Below the pieces are notes generated by a model. The model did not search any database. It saw only the letters and a program-made list of their open reading frames with translations, and was not told the origin of the DNA. 64,000 bases of DNA from Takakia lepidozioides (Eukaryota > Plantae > Bryophyta): assembly GCA_030704615.1 (NCBI GenBank), contig CM060731.1:2790001-2854000 (forward strand). The letters are read 5' to 3'. The translations under genes were made by a program, and so were the position numbers. Positions 44,576 to 56,908 of the stretch are shown piece after piece; position 1 is the stretch's first letter, and each line of letters opens with the position of its first letter.

Positions 44576-47500
44576 TCAAGAAGTGCTGAAAGTTGCAGGT
44601 GAAGGTAAGACGAGGCCAAGGAGACAGGAAGAGGGTTGGGGGGATATGCCCAGCAAGTCACATGCTTCAACTGACCAAGGAAGAATGTACAGCATCCGAG
44701 ACCATAAGTGATTGGTACCAGCAATCTTCACCACTCCAGCACGGTCCCTTTGCTTCAGGTAGGCTACAAACTGCTCAAACTGCAAACGCAATACGGCACG
44801 GTACACAATACAGAAACAGGGTCATCAAAAGCCTCATCCCAGGATCGGGTCAGGCGACAATTCTCCAAACAGCTTCTAAACAACCTCTCTAAATGGAATT
44901 CCCCAGCAATCTCAAATCACAATCTTATCCAGTCACACAAGCGTCTCCGACATATGGAGCCCTGACAAATCTCCGTCATTGGTCATGTAGAAACAAAATG
45001 GAAAGTGTCCCACTTCAAAATTCTTGTGGAGTCAAATACCAACAGGAATAGATGGTGAAGCTGAGGATACAAGTCCTGAAGGTAAAGCAGAGGGAGCAGG
45101 AAAATGGGAAAGATGCCAGGAAAGCACTTACCCCGTCGCAATTTTCAGGCCCTGGAGAGACAAACAGCCGGCAAATCTCACGCTGAAACAGAGAGGCACA
45201 CCCGACAATAGAAATCAGAACCCTTGGTCCGAAGCCAGTTTACATCAATCCCAACCCTCAAAAGCACATTGCTGTCACACCGTTTTCATGAGGACTTCAA
45301 CTCACCTTATGTAGCGGCGCAAGCTGAAAGCTGTGTGTCACGGACTTGAAGTCGGCACGTTTTGTTACATCCAGCTTGTCAGGCCACCTGTACCAATCCA
45401 TTAATGTACCAACTCAATTCTCACCTTTCAAAACAAGTGGGATCCTATTTGGAGTGTCTGATGAAAGAGAGAACATAAAATGGGATGTCTGAAGGGGGAT
45501 TGACTCACCAGACAAATGACAAGAGATCATGCACTAACCAACGTCAACCCCAAGTGGTTGATTTAGCAATTCTGTTGATTATCTCTAGTAATACCCAGCT
45601 GCAAAGCAGATATTGAACCACAAAAATATACCTTATGTGAATGTCGGCCTAATAAACTCTGAACTCGTAATCCAAGATATAATGCCACATACAATATATA
45701 TGATGTTACAAAGGCACGAGAAAAGCAACAACTGCAGAGCGGTCAAACAACAAAACTAGTTTTGGTAATAGATAGTCTGAGACTCATACGCAAACGAGGA
45801 AACACAGTCCGTGGTGCAGTAACTTGCCCAGAAGGCTCATAAGGCTCGCAGTCATATTCGCACAAAACTGAGTGTTGACGAACTGCCACCACCTGGCAAT
45901 ACTGCATGCCACTCTTGCAAAGGGCACCCCTCCAGTGCCTTTCTTCTATATGGGTCGGCCCTGCCATCTGTCCCACCGAGAGTTCCACCCTCTCATGACT
46001 CGTCATAAGAGACCCCATGCCATGTGGAGTGGATTCGTTTGGGGGAGGAGGTAGAGGAGGCGGAGGAGAGCTTGGTGGAGGGGGCAAAAGTGGGGGGATT
46101 GAAAGGGGGTGGAGGAGGGGGAGAAAAAGGAGGAGGTGGGGGAGTTTCGCTGGGGGGAGGCGGCGGTGGCGAGACAGGTGGCAGTGGGGGTAGGGGAGGA
46201 TTTAACACATCGATTTGAGGATTTAGTTGCTCCATTGGTTGCACCATCTGCTCAAATTGTGGTCCGTGTATTTGTTCTAATGGTGAGTTCAAGTACTGCT
46301 CTAAAGGTTGGTTTAGGTGGTCTAATGGCTGAGAGACTGGCAAACTGCTCAAGACAGGTGTGACCAGGGATTGCAGTAGTGGAGGGCCATTACGGCCTGT
46401 CACTTTATCCAGCTTGGTGCCCCTATATGGGAGAGGGGTGCCCAGGGGGGGCACCAGGGAAGACTTGGGAATGGGGTTTGATGTAACTGGGGAGACCTGG
46501 CCTAATGGGGATGACGAAACTCCACCTAGCGGCCCTGACCACGAATTGTTGGACGGAAGCCGGTCCAAGTGGAGACGTGGAGGGTGCTTGGGAATGGGTA
46601 GCGGTGCAAGTGTGGCACCCTGAGGAGGTAATGGGGGCCTGACAAGGCTACCCGCAGTGGATGTCTGGCGTTCAAGAATTGGCTTCCGTCCCAGCAAACT
46701 CTGACTGCTGCCTTGAGATAGAATCGGACTGCTATCATGAACACTGCCAACCATCTCACCACAGAGTGCGCCAGTGCTTCGATACACCCCAGTTGGATCG
46801 AGTCTCACTGTTGCCCCAGAATCCATTCTGCCAATGGCATCATCTCTCAAATCCATTGGACTTCCATACCGACCACTACTGTGGTCCCTGTAATCAGCCC
46901 ACAGTGTAGTGTCACAACACTTTGTGTCTAAACACAGATGGCTTGATCTACTCAGTCTGGCTTCTTTAGCCTTTCAACAACCAAACACAATCAAGGTTTA
47001 CCTTCCCGGGGACTCACTCATCATTTGCCAACATTGTTGGCTAACTGCAGACTAGCATTGGTGCAACAACTGCGGTAGAGTAGTAGCCCTTTCTTGTGGT
47101 GATTCCCAAGAGCCTTACTTCTTCTGTAGGGCTAGCCACACAGAAGGCAAGGCAGCATCCCTAAACCCAGCAACCACTAAGCAAATCTGGTATCACTGGC
47201 TTACTCATTGCACACAATTGCTAGTTAATATTGGAATGTTCTCTGGGGATATGCCATATATACACGCACAGGATTCAAAATAGAACTGTCAAAGAGTGCA
47301 GGTAAAGTGTTCAAAGAACTAGAAGTTGAGATGCAACGTACCGATTCCCAAACTGATGTCCCTCCTCCAAGAATTCCTTCTCTGGCATCCCTCCCCACCC
47401 AGGGGGGAAAGCCGCATGGGATTGCCCACTGGAATTGCCACCATCATCAAACTCCATATGAGGGGGAGAGTCTAGATCTTCACGCTCTGCCTCCCACTCA

Positions 47501-50500
47501 CGCTGCCTGGGCCCCTGTGATCTGTCCCTCTCACACTGGTAGTCCCAAGCCCGCCGCCGGATAGCATCCAGTGACATCTGTGAATGCGCCGGCCCGGTGT
47601 GAGTATGGGCATGAACATGCGGGAGCTCACTTTGCTGTAAGGATATGGCTGAGTTGCTGCCATCCAATATACATAGAGACGGAGGGTGTAAGTACAAGTC
47701 ATTCACAATTATCAAGACGTCCCTACCTCGTCTAAGAGAGAAGGAACACTGGAAATTGCTATTATTGCAGTGCAATAATAGCACTACTGATATTTGTCGT
47801 CAAAACAAGTATTGGGGCCTTTCTGGACATAACGGCTCCATATCCGGTGACAATCTTCAGTTCAGCGTAGCTGAAACATTCACAACCAGCAGAACCCCAG
47901 TTGAAACTAAAAAAATTATTCTAGCTGGTCCCACCATTAACTGTGTAGTTACACGGCAGGAAGCCATTTCGACATAGTGGAACTGAGAGAGACAGAGACA
48001 GCACAGAGCTCCTCCAGAGGACAATGATCTACCTGAATTCAATTTGAATGGCAGGATCAAGGCGGCCAGAAACATTGCGCAGAGCAGTGGCTGCTGCATC
48101 CACTCGATCAAACTCCACAAACCGACAAGGACCCCGACTTGTGCGAGCACACCGCACTTTCGTTACCCCTCCAACCCCACTTGCTGCAAGATTGAAGACC
48201 TGCTTTAATTCTCCCTCATTCATGAAATTGGGACCCACCACGTCTGGTAACCCAATCCACAGGGTATTTGTGGGCACTCTCTCAGCTGCTTCCCGCCCCC
48301 CTCCACCCCGCCCGCCCCGTAACCGGCCCGACCCAAAGCTGCAGGAGCTGCCACCTGTAAAACTCAACAACTTGTTGGAAATATTTCCTAGTGCAGCAGC
48401 CAGAGCTGGACTCCCAAGCCGGCTATTAGCTGCTGCACTTACAGAGGGTGTGTGTAGCAGCGCAGGCCCATGGGGAGGGGAGTTCAGAAGGGACACTGAG
48501 GCACTCTTCTGTGCTGGGGTGTTTTTGTATTCCACATTGATGCACTGGTTTCCAAATCTTGTCCCAGTTAACTGGTCTTTGGCGAGAGAAGCAGATTCAG
48601 GTGACCTGCAATCCCACCACAGCACACATGAAGCATCAACAGCCACAATAATAAACCTTGGCAGTAACTGCGTTGGTCTCAGTTCCAAAGCATATGCTTG
48701 CTCTAGCCTTGTGGCCATAGAACCTCCATCCAGTTTGCATTGAGAAGGAAAAGAAAGAGTTGCAGTTCAACTATAATTTTGACTACTATCTTCCTGTGGA
48801 ATAGACTTATGCTACAACGTCTCTGAGCATACCAAGCCTACACTTACAGATTTGATTATGCACAATTGGTTTTCAGTGATAAAAGACATCAGAGGCTGCA
48901 GTTCCCCTACAGAAGCATGCCCTGAGCAGTGTTAGTAGCAACACCTGATGTTGTAAGCTAAGGGGATGCCAAACAATTGTTTCCCAATACTGGAACGTAT
49001 TGCATTAATGTTCGTGAGTACCAGCGCACAAGAATTGCTCAACAGATCCCAGAACCTAAAAACAGTTCCAGGGGGGGAAGGGAAGGGGATGCCAAACAAT
49101 TGTTTCCCAATACTGGAACGTGTTGCATTAATGTTCGCGAGTACCAGCGCACAAGAATTGCTCAACAGATCCAGAACCTAAAAACAGTTCCAGGGGGGAA
49201 AGGGAGCGTTGGTACACCTTCTAAGGAGAAAACATATGAGACCCCAAACCTCACCTAAAATCGATAAAGCAACAGCCACTTTGTCGAAGGAACTTCCAGC
49301 CAGTGAGCTCCCCGAATTGCGCAAATGCAGCTAACAATTCCTCTTCACGGATCATGGGGTCAACCCGCCCAATCCAAAGATGCCGATTCCCACCCGTGCT
49401 CACTCCATCTGAGCGAAGCCCATCACCAGAACTCGGCCCCGTTGACAGACTCCGTTCAGAGAGTCCTTTGGAAGAGGGCGGGAGGGAGCGGCCACTATCT
49501 CTCCGTCGTTGTCGCACATGCACCATCACTGCAACAGCTTCCTCGGGGGCTTCAAATTCCAGCAAAATTGCACTTGCACTTACTAAAGCAAACACTGAAC
49601 GGGGTCCTTTCAGCCCTGCCCCCACTACATCCTTCAAAAGCTCCTCTTTGGCACTCTGGCTGGAGATTCCACCAACCCAGACATGACAACTGGCACCAAT
49701 TGTGACCCCACTCGTGGCACCCCACGTGCCCAGCCCGGAGTCCTGAAACTTGATCAGTAGAGGCTTTCCCCAAGGCATGGAGCCCTGCATGACTTTGCGT
49801 GCCTTTGCTGCATCACGAACACTTCGATACTCAATGATGGCAAAATCACGGCCACGGAATACTGAGACCCCATCAATAGGCCCAAATGTATCAAATTGTG
49901 ATCTGACAAGCGCTTCACTGACATTTTGGCCGAGTGAGCCAACCCAGAGATGTGGGGAAGCCACAAACACGTCCATGGCAGCTGCATCTCCATCAGAGTA
50001 CCAACCCAATTGACTGGGAGAGGAAACCTGTGAATGAGGAGTTGAGGGTTGCGGGGAGGGCAACAGGGTAGGGCCCCCAGAACTCAGTTCTTTCCTCAAG
50101 CCCCCATTTCCATGTTCCTTTCCCCTCCCCCAGGTCTCCATGTGATTACCTGTGACCTTCTCCAACTCTCGGACCTCCTGAGGCCTCCCTCCTGATTGCC
50201 AACTGGAGGGCCATACACCAGCCATATCAGGGTCACCTTTACTGTATTCAGGTAGTCCATGAGACTCCCGCCGTGAAACGTCCCCGTTCCCAAACTCTCG
50301 GTCCCGAGGGTCCCAGGTCTCTCCATCAGAAGTCCCTTTGTACTTCTCAGATTCTCTTGAGGGTCCCGATTCATACTCTCTTGGAACTGACCCAGTACGA
50401 GCCATCCCCAACCCCCAACGGATGGCTCCCACGTACCAACTGGTTGGCCCACGTTGGTCTCCCACATGGGAACTGTTTCGTCCGTACGGTTGCCATACTC

Positions 50501-53445
50501 AAGCACCCCAACTTCCCTTCTATGCACTCCATTGCCATACTCTTTATCTCTGCGCCAAGCCTCTCCCTCGGTTACTAGTCTGGCAGGCTTACAGAACTCC
50601 AAAGATTTTCTCCCCAGATCTGCAGGACCACTCAAGTAGTCCCCTCTCGTATACCCAGGTCGCCCAGAAGACCCATAGTTCCACTGGTTTCTTTCCAAAG
50701 TTTCACTCACATGGTCCATAGTTTCCTTCCCATAGTCTGGATGTTCCTTACATCCCCGTGCGCCACCCCATGACCCTTGCAATTCCTCTGCTGGGGTAAT
50801 AAAGTGGGTGTAGAAACTTCGACCTCTTGGTTCATCATCCTCCATGGCTTGGGTTGGTCGAATCACAGGTTCTTCCACAGCATTAAGTTCCAGGTCAGAG
50901 GGAGAAAATGTGCGGAGAGCTTTGAGAAGGGACGACAAGAGAGGAGCTGCCTCCTCAACCGTTTCATTACTTGCAGTCCGATGGAAGTGACGGACAGCTG
51001 ACACAAGCCATCTCTCAAGCGTGGGCTTTGGGTGTATTACCTGCTCCACCAACAAAGATTTTTGCCCCCCCAAACACATCAATAATCTTGTCACAAAAAC
51101 AGAAATCTGTTGCAAAGTCAGGAATGAACATCTACTAGATCAGCAACTCACCCTCGCAACCAGACTTGTCAGATTTCCACTCCTTTTTACCCCCAACATC
51201 TCCCTCCCAGCATTGGCCTCTGTCTTTTGCTCAACTTCCTCCAAGTCCCTTTGACTCCCAGAATCAACTTTTGGGTCATGCAAAAATTCTGAGGTTCCAG
51301 TCTCAAGCTTTTCTAAGCTGCTCAAGTCCTCAGGCTTAGTTGCTGGGGATGACCCCTCACATTTCAATATTTGGGCCAGGAAATGCTGTCCATCCCTCCG
51401 CCGATCAGCATTAGGGGACTGTAACAATTCGAAACACACTGAGAGAACCCCCTCTGGATCCCAACAGAAAATCTGGAGTACACTCGATGTTATCAAATGT
51501 ATCAGTCGCTTGGCACTAACAGATTCCACTAGTGCGCTACTCCCCTTCTCTGAAGCCAGTGTTTCTGCCAGGGCGACACCCGACACTTGATCATCTGTGG
51601 CTTCCCCTCCATCATCTCGCACCAGCTCCCGCCCATTTAATTGCTGGAGAAGGTAAGTGGAAATGGTGTGGCACACCTCTTTACACATTGAACCCAGACT
51701 CGAGAGTTTGCTTGCAGCAGAAACAGCAGCACCAGCAAGGTTTATAAGACCGTGAAAACAGACTTCTGCAATCTCCCATATGAGGTCCTCCCCTTCCTCA
51801 CCCCCTTGCCAAATGATGGCACAGCTCCAGTCACAGAGCTGTAGAGTTGTCCTCACAGCGGACTCAATTGCAGATGGACAAAAAACTGCATAGCGCGGAA
51901 TTAGCTCGGCTGCAATCCGGCGCACACTGACACATCCTGCAATTGACAGGCAACCAGTTAATGGGAATGATGGTCTACAGCTTCCCCTTCACCTAATAAC
52001 TGAAACTATGTTTATCATTTCGTGTCATTTGGTACCACGTGTGAGGCTCAAATGAACCTTGTTTACTTAGTCGTTCTCTCTTTCCTCCTCAGCAGGATGA
52101 CAGAGCATAGCACAAAATGTGGATTAGCTTCCCTGTTGTATATTACAAACATGATACAACTGGCACTGGGGTCCAACTCTAACCATTCCCACCAAATTCA
52201 TTGCCTATGTAGGCAATGTGCTTAAACCCTGGTTCCAAAACTCTCCACGAACTTGTAGTGGACTGTACTGTAAATTACATAGTGCTTCTTCCTTTCCAGG
52301 GAAGAGAGGGATACAGTCACAAAATTCAATGCTTTGCTTTGCAACTCATGAGGTAACCTTGCAAACATAAAACCCAATCATCACTCTTCTGGCGGGCTTG
52401 ATATCAGATTGCCATGATTCTCCTAGCCAGTGGCTCTTATTTCAAAACGGGCTCCACCGCATATTAGCGGCATTAAAAGCCATCATCACTGAAGAGAAAA
52501 CAAAACTTCACCCCAGATAATTTCCTTCTGAATCCACTGGCGAGCCATCCCCCAGGTGGCCTGACAGCAAAGCGCCAATCCAACAGAAAACCCTGCTCAG
52601 GCCACCTTGAGGCTCCATATGACAATACCGAGGGACAGAAAAACAAGGGAACCAGAGAGGAGCAGCGAGGAGAGAACAAGGGATGTCCTAAAACTGAGAT
52701 CCTGAAACCCAAATGGAGCACATGCCAAAGAAAACAGGGGAGTGCATCATGAGTGAGGTGGGCAGAGACATGCTCATTTGAAGTGAACATGAATGTTGGC
52801 TATGACATACAGTGGGGTCCTAGTCTCTGTAGGATACCAGCCCTGTGTCACTCGTGGAGTTAAACCCACCAGTGGGTTGACACAATATGAAATTGCTGTT
52901 GTCCTCGCCACAACAGTCCGACTTGGGCGAATTCGGTGGTAAGTTTAGGGCTAGCAATGTCCTATGCAGAAGGAGAGAAAGGGAGAGGGACCCATAAAAG
53001 GAGACACACCATTGGAGAACTCAAGCATGGAGTGATAAGCATTGTCCAGGTCGTGCTTCACGCCACCGCCAACTCCGGAAGGGTCATCCTGCCTCTCCAG
53101 GCAGACCTTTATTCGGCGGTAGGCATTGTAGAAGCTTCCAAGCTCCTCCCTATTTCTCTTCTTCAGCAATTTATCATCTTGGATTTCTGGCATTGTTTGG
53201 TGCGGGGACTTGTAGGGTTCTGGACCATGTCCCGTCTTACTGGGAGAGGGTGCGTCTTCCTTACTATCCTCTTGCGTCGTCGGCGTCTGCTCAGGCGGGT
53301 CTATTGATGGGTTCTCTGTGCCTGTCTCCTCCGTTGCAGCTATGGAGGAGGCATTCTCTATTGAATTAGCCCCCTCCTGTGAAGTGTCCTCTGCCATAAG
53401 CTGCTCGTATCGGCGCCTCTTTTTAAATGGCTGCTCTGATGCCAT
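44576..53445 (-). CDS. Large multi-RRM, Pro-rich, C-terminal SPOC-domain protein (Spen-like RNA-binding protein); two apparent frame breaks
   Basis: Start MASEQPFKKRRRYE; GCVSVRRIAAELIPRYA; RRMs SPHLWVGSLG..DFAIIEY, HVWVGGI, RHLWIGRV..CCFIDF, NTLWIGLP..RFVEF; poly-Pro tract; SPOC-like WRGALCKSGMQYC..WPDKLDVTKRADF..FEQFVAYLKQRDRAGVVKI..RMLYILP; stop at 44578-44576. Confidence 0.88.
48961..49205. repeat. Near-identical two-copy tandem repeat (~123-bp unit) inside an intron
   Basis: aggggatgccaaacaattgtttcccaatactggaacg...aaaacagttccagggggg at 48961 and 49084, differing by only a few substitutions and indels. Confidence 0.95.
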
Positions 53446-54774
53446 TGCTTTCTCGCTAGGGTTCAACAGAGACAGAGAAGAGGACGGAGAAGACAGAAGA
53501 AAAAGGAACAAAACAATTTCGAACTGGTTCTATACAATTGGGACTACTGCACCAATTCACAATCCAATCTCTTAAAGCAACAAAAGAGGTGTGAGGGTAG
53601 ACAGGGAACAACAAGAAAGCGAAGAGCCCGCCCAACTCAAGAACCACACTGCATAAGCCCTCACTTATCACCTGCAACAAAAACCCAGGAATAAAATAAG
53701 TAACACTCTTCTAGCTCTTCTCCGTTTCCATCCTGTCTGCGTCACTCCCATCACTCCTCTCTGCTTCACTCCAATTCAATCCACTCCTTTGTGGCATTCC
53801 ATTCGTATTACTCTCTCATTCGTGTATAACTCCATGTGTCACTCCAGTAAAGCTTCATTGAAGGACAGCTGATACTCCAAAGAGAATAAGACCATCACCG
53901 CTTCTAGTACCCCTCACTTAATATCACAAGAAACCGGAAGAGAAGGACCCATCCTGCTATCAAAACCCGCAGCTTTCCTTCTTTCACTTTCCGACTCTAG
54001 TGACACGGGACCTCCCTCCCAAACCCACAAAGGACGTGTGCTGAACTCTCTAGGACAGTACAAATGGAGTACAAGCTTGACCCAGAATCCCCACCACGTC
54101 GTCTCCACCTTGTGGGCGTCATCTCTCCCAATAAATATCCTCACAAAACCAGACTAGCACACCACAGCCCCGCCTGCTTCACCCAAACACTCCCCCACAG
54201 CGCCATCAATCCACATTCAAGCTCCGCACAGGCGCCTCCATCCTGCGGGCATGCTCTCTCCAACACCCACACAAGATCTCCGTAGCCGCAACCCCAAGCC
54301 TCCCGCCACCAAGTCTCGAAGCCCTTTCATGTGGCAATCTTATTCGCTGCGACAGAGACGGTAACAATCTACACCCCAGATCCTGTATGTATCCCAACCC
54401 TAGAGTGAATAAATGTGGACGTTGTGGATGCTTTTGTAGTGATGCCTACTTAAGATAGATAACGGAAGTGTAAAAATTTTAAACAATTTCTGTACAGCAC
54501 TAATCAGCAGCAGTCTAGTCACCATAATATTGACAAGTGCACTTCAAATTGTTGAATGACATGTAGGGTGTACCCAGAAACACAGAGGGAGACCACATAA
54601 CACCATTCTTTCTGACTGGAAACATCCACAATCTGTATTCATACCTTCTATTTGACATGAGCTGGAGGTGATGTCAATTTCATTTCTCTTAGACTCCAAT
54701 CTAGGATGATGAACCCTCTAAGACTTTATTTACAACATGTACAATGGGTGAACCTGCATATGATGTGAAGTTCC

Positions 54775-56185
54775 AAAAAAGGGGGGGGAAACAAGAAACA
54801 AGAGAAGAAAACAAAAAGCTATAGTAAGCTACTCAGCTAGAGAAAAAAACAAAAGCTATAGTAAGCTACTCAACCAGCGACGAAAACAGAAGCTATAGTA
54901 AACTACTCAAGCAGAGCGACCCTCCCAGCCAACAGCCTGGAGGAGATCAGGCAAGGAGATAGGCAAAGTGTCAGGCAGAGGCGGAAGACGAGATGACGCG
55001 AAGCTAGCCACATCAGCCCGATGCAAAATAGAGATGGCTTGTGCTCTCTGCAAAGCAACTGAAACACGTTATCGATAGTAGGCGACAAGGACTGAGGCAT
55101 GTGGGATGCCAGTGGACCCGCTCTTGGCTGCATGATGTGCACATGTCCGCAGGAAATCGTCGAAGTGCCGGTGCAATGAGCCAAATATTTCGACCGCCAG
55201 TGGAAGAAATGTGTCGGTGGGGTGACCATCGCTGTAGTCGCACTCCTTGGCTTGGGCTGCTACAGTGGCTGTCGTGCCTGGTGTGGTAGCTGCGCGAGAT
55301 AACAGATCCGCTCGAGTGGGGTCGGCGAGAACGACATACTAAGGTACGCAAACCATCTCTAGAGAGGATGATGTCAACACGGCGGCGTGTAGAGTGGGAC
55401 GTGAGCGTGGGTCGTAGATGTGGTTGCTCACACAGTACATGATACCCTGCCTCCCGAGCAATAGATGCCACTGCATCGCGAACCATATCATGAGACGCAG
55501 TGCGCTCACCACCACATGGACAACGGAGGAGATGGATGACAAGGTCATCGATGGGCTGAAGACAGACGCAACGCTGAAGGCCCAATGCCGAAGGATGAAG
55601 CAAACCGAGTCGAAGGCGGAGCGCAGTAGTGAAAATAGGGGATGAGAGACGAAAATGTGTGATAGTGGGTCGTGCTGTCAACCATGCCCCTGTTCCGGGT
55701 CCTGCGCATGATAGAAGTCGGGCTCGATGCAACTCAGAAGAAGCACTTGAGAGTATGCCAGAAAAGGAATGACGGTGCACGCGCTCGGAAATGGACTCCT
55801 GAAGATGGTCGAGGCCTTGAACAACCAACTGCTCAAATGGTGGTAGATATGCTCGCGCCGATGCCGGAAGAAGATATCGTGTAGAGCGGAGATGCTGCTG
55901 GAAGGGTAAAATGCCACTGTGCACATGTGCAACGGCGTCCATAAGGATGGGACGATGGTCATAAAGAAATCGTGACGTGAGGGCTGGCGCCACCAATGCC
56001 CAACTGCCGAAGAAAGCTGAGGGGACAATAGTGACAGTAGACAAAAGACCCACACCACCATAAGAGACGGGCAAGGTGGGTTGCTGTCGTGGCAAAAGTC
56101 CTTCGTTTGTATTGTGGGAGTCAAGCTCTGAGTTCTGAGCAGCATGAGCAACCAACTCCAGAAATGCACTGAATGTTGATGCACA
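54775..56185 (-). mobile_element. 5'-truncated non-LTR retrotransposon with restriction-like endonuclease (CRE-like clade)
   Basis: LPVSYGGVGL..AFFGSWA; GTGAWLTARP..FTTALRLRLG; CCHC knuckle CVC..HLLRC; SHDMVRD..EQP..RRVDI; after a frameshift near 55340, AAQAKECDY..FLPLAVEIFG..RVSVALQRAQA. The 3' UTR carries three ~38-bp repeats. Confidence 0.8.
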
Positions 56186-56908
56186 TTTTCGTCTTGGTTT
56201 TAGGTGGAGACTGGAGACTTGCCTTCACCGCACCGAACTGCTGCATGTTGCACTTCCGCAAGCATTTTCAAGGCCACCTCATTCGCGCCTGTGTTAACTG
56301 TTAATAACTGAGACATTACCCGCATTCTCTCATGCCTTGGTGCTCCTGAAGTTGGTTCGCAGATGTAGGCTACGTCAAGCGCGATGACAGTCTTCGAGGG
56401 CCATGAGATGCATCCGTAAAGAGAATCTTTGCAGCGAACTCCGTGTTTACCAGGAAAGGGGAACGGTGCCCCAGCAACATCGGAAATTCGGAATTACCAT
56501 AAGACATACACACTGAGACAGCGAGAGGCCTCCTCGAGGTATGGGTGCGGTAGGGAGGAGTCCCATTTAGCAAAGTTGAGGTAGTGAATTTGCATAGTTC
56601 AGCAAGACAGAAGAGACACCTGGCTGGCAAACTCCAACTGATGTAAGACCTGGCTTCTGGGTTCCTCTAATGCAGGGCAGAGCAATGCTTCCAGGCTCCT
56701 GATTTCATCTGCATGTCCAGAGAGTTACACAGCAACATATAAGCCATGCTGCAGCGACCCATTTTGGGTTATGTACTGGGTTCCACTGCAGGTTGCATAA
56801 TTCTTGCAGATTTTGACTAATCGAGTTCATGTCTGCACCTAAAATTTCCCTTGATTGGAAAGATGCTTTGAGCCATATCCTGGTCTTTGTGAGACCACGG
56901 CCAAAGAT

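Noticed and set aside
48048-48743. Long plus-strand ORFs opposite the RRM-SPOC gene, and similarly 30787-31443 (-)
   Set aside because: Antisense shadows of real exons with no domain features.
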